Assembly: GCA_963693365.1 (NCBI GenBank) | Contig: CAVNZM010000010.1 | Location: 1,984,001 to 2,048,000, forward strand | Direction: 5' to 3' | Origin: Amoebidium appalachense | Lineage: Eukaryota; Protista; Ichthyosporea | DNA: 64,000 bases | In this document: piece after piece, positions 52,116 through 64,000 of the stretch | Layout: every line of letters begins with the position of its first letter | Numbering within the stretch: the stretch's first letter is position 1 | Made by a program: the position numbers and the translations under genes | Notes under the pieces: model-generated | Database searches by the model: none | What the model saw: the letters and a program-made list of their open reading frames with translations, nothing else | What the model was told of the DNA's origin: nothing

Positions 52116-52158
<43 letters not shown>

Positions 52159-52801
52159 GGGGAACCCCAACTAATTGATTTCTCCTTGTAGTCTTTATGG
52201 TGTCTCGTAGAGAAAGTAAACCCTGATATATAGTCACCACCCGACATCTATGTACGTGATCATGATATACCGCTGAGGGGATATTCCGAGCAAACCCCCC
52301 CCCCCCCATACCTGAGACTGGTTCTCTTTGCCTCGAGTAAACAGCGTAAACCCCCCTTGTAACTCCCCGGCTTCTGCTGCGGATAAGTCGAAAAGGGAAC
52401 TTCAACAGAGGTTTTGAAGAGCTTTAACTTGTATACGTCTTCCATACACAGGTGTTGGTTACTGACGTTGGCTGGCCCTTTTGCTCTTTTTGTTTACTGC
52501 GCCCCTACTTGCTGTATTTGTTCTGTTGTTTCCTGCTCCAACGCCTCCCGGAGCTCTGGCAGAACATTGCCTGTTATGTTCACACGGCAGTTCCGTTTTC
52601 AAAACATGTGCATCTGAGCCAGCCTCAATTTCCTCAACCCAGCCTCCTACGGTCTTTCCTGGTTTGGAAGCAGTTAGCAGACCTAAAGTTTACCAGATTC
52701 CAGTTTCATATACATGAGCATGACACGTGCATAATATGCCCTGACTAGTACAATTTGTTTAGTCCTATGCCCGAAATGGTGCACCCGAAGAAAACAACAA
52801 A

Positions 52802-63119
<10,318 letters not shown>

Positions 63120-64000
63120 GTAGGTCCCTTTTTTTGTTTTTCTTTTTGCAAAACCATATTCTACCCTCTTTCCCCCCCCCCCCCCCCCCCCCCCCCCGCC
63201 ACCCCCCCCTTTTCTGCCCCCTCCCCCCCCCCCTCCCCCCCCCCCCCCCCCCCCCCCCCCAAAACATACACACACACTCACCCATCCAACCACCCGTAAA
63301 ACACACAAACATATGTGCACAAGTATGAATACACATGGAAGCAAGCAATACGTGTGTACGTGCAAGTGTGCACACACACAGAGTCCTCCACCACTACCAG
63401 TATCTTTGCACACACCGACACGTACAAAATGCGAAAAACGCAACCACAAAACGCTTGTGTGCTTGCTTGATGTGATACGAATGACCACACACAATTTCAC
63501 ACACACAATCCAATCAGGTGCATAGGGCTGCTTATGCAAACAAAGACGGGAAGTACATGTGTAGGTTCATATTCTTCCCATACATATAGACCGATGAAAT
63601 TATTTCAGAGTGTGTATCTCGGCCCCAATGCACTACACAGACATGCGTGCATCCTGCCTAGAATCCCTATTCCTTTTTAGCATAAGTACATCTCTCGGTG
63701 GATGTTAGATGTTTCTCATGTCGGTGACGAAAGGGTCCTTTTTTCCCTTGTGTGTTTCCTGTGTTTTTGGCTGGTTGGGTGGGTGGGTGGGTGGGTACGA
63801 GTGTTTGGGCGTATATGTGGGTGGGTGGGTTGGTGTGAACGACGGAATCATTCTGTGTGCGTGTGTAAACGCACCTAGCTATTCTAATTGTTTACAGGTA
63901 CCCTTTTGGACTATCACTTTTGCTTTCTAGCATGCACATCCATAAATACCCCCCCCCCCCCCCCCCCTCCCCCCCCCCCCTCCCTCCCTCGCTCCCCCCT

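Larger units (their letters stand above)
47628..52157 (+). mobile_element. Non-LTR retrotransposon (APE-type LINE), near full length
   Basis: ORF1 + APE + RT, poly-A 52120-52157, flanked by the 8-bp direct repeat cggggaac (47620-47627, 52158-52165). Confidence 0.95.

Overview
This is eukaryotic genomic DNA, intron-rich and saturated with poly-C/G and (CA)n/(GT)n tracts, so most ORF-track entries are low-complexity shadows. I assembled four spliced host genes by hand from GT-AG exons with consistent phases: (1) a GlpF-like aquaglyceroporin (+, ~1.3-13.7 kb) with atypical NPG/NAA motifs and a long loop insertion; (2) a small stand-alone C2-domain gene (-, ~16.0-19.3 kb) that shares intron positions with (3) a divergently transcribed 18-exon copine (+, 22.4-38.9 kb); and (4) a P-loop kinase plus degenerate HAD-phosphatase (PNKP-like) gene (+, from 52.8 kb, probably continuing out of the window). 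Between copine and the PNKP-like gene lies an accessory zone of three parts. The first is a 2.9 kb tyrosine-recombinase element with split direct repeats, a gag-like ORF and no reverse transcriptase (39.7-42.6 kb). Directly abutting it is an intronless, GC-rich, decaying cassette of giant-virus-type genes (trypsin-like protease, YqaJ exonuclease, DUF5760-like; 42.6-46.0 kb). The third is a near-intact LINE with an 8-bp TSD (47.6-52.2 kb). Several MITEs, minisatellites and a structured repeat family that always ends at poly-C are also present. The host looks like a unicellular opisthokont (possibly ichthyosporean), but that is inference only. All family assignments come from motif recognition, not database searches.
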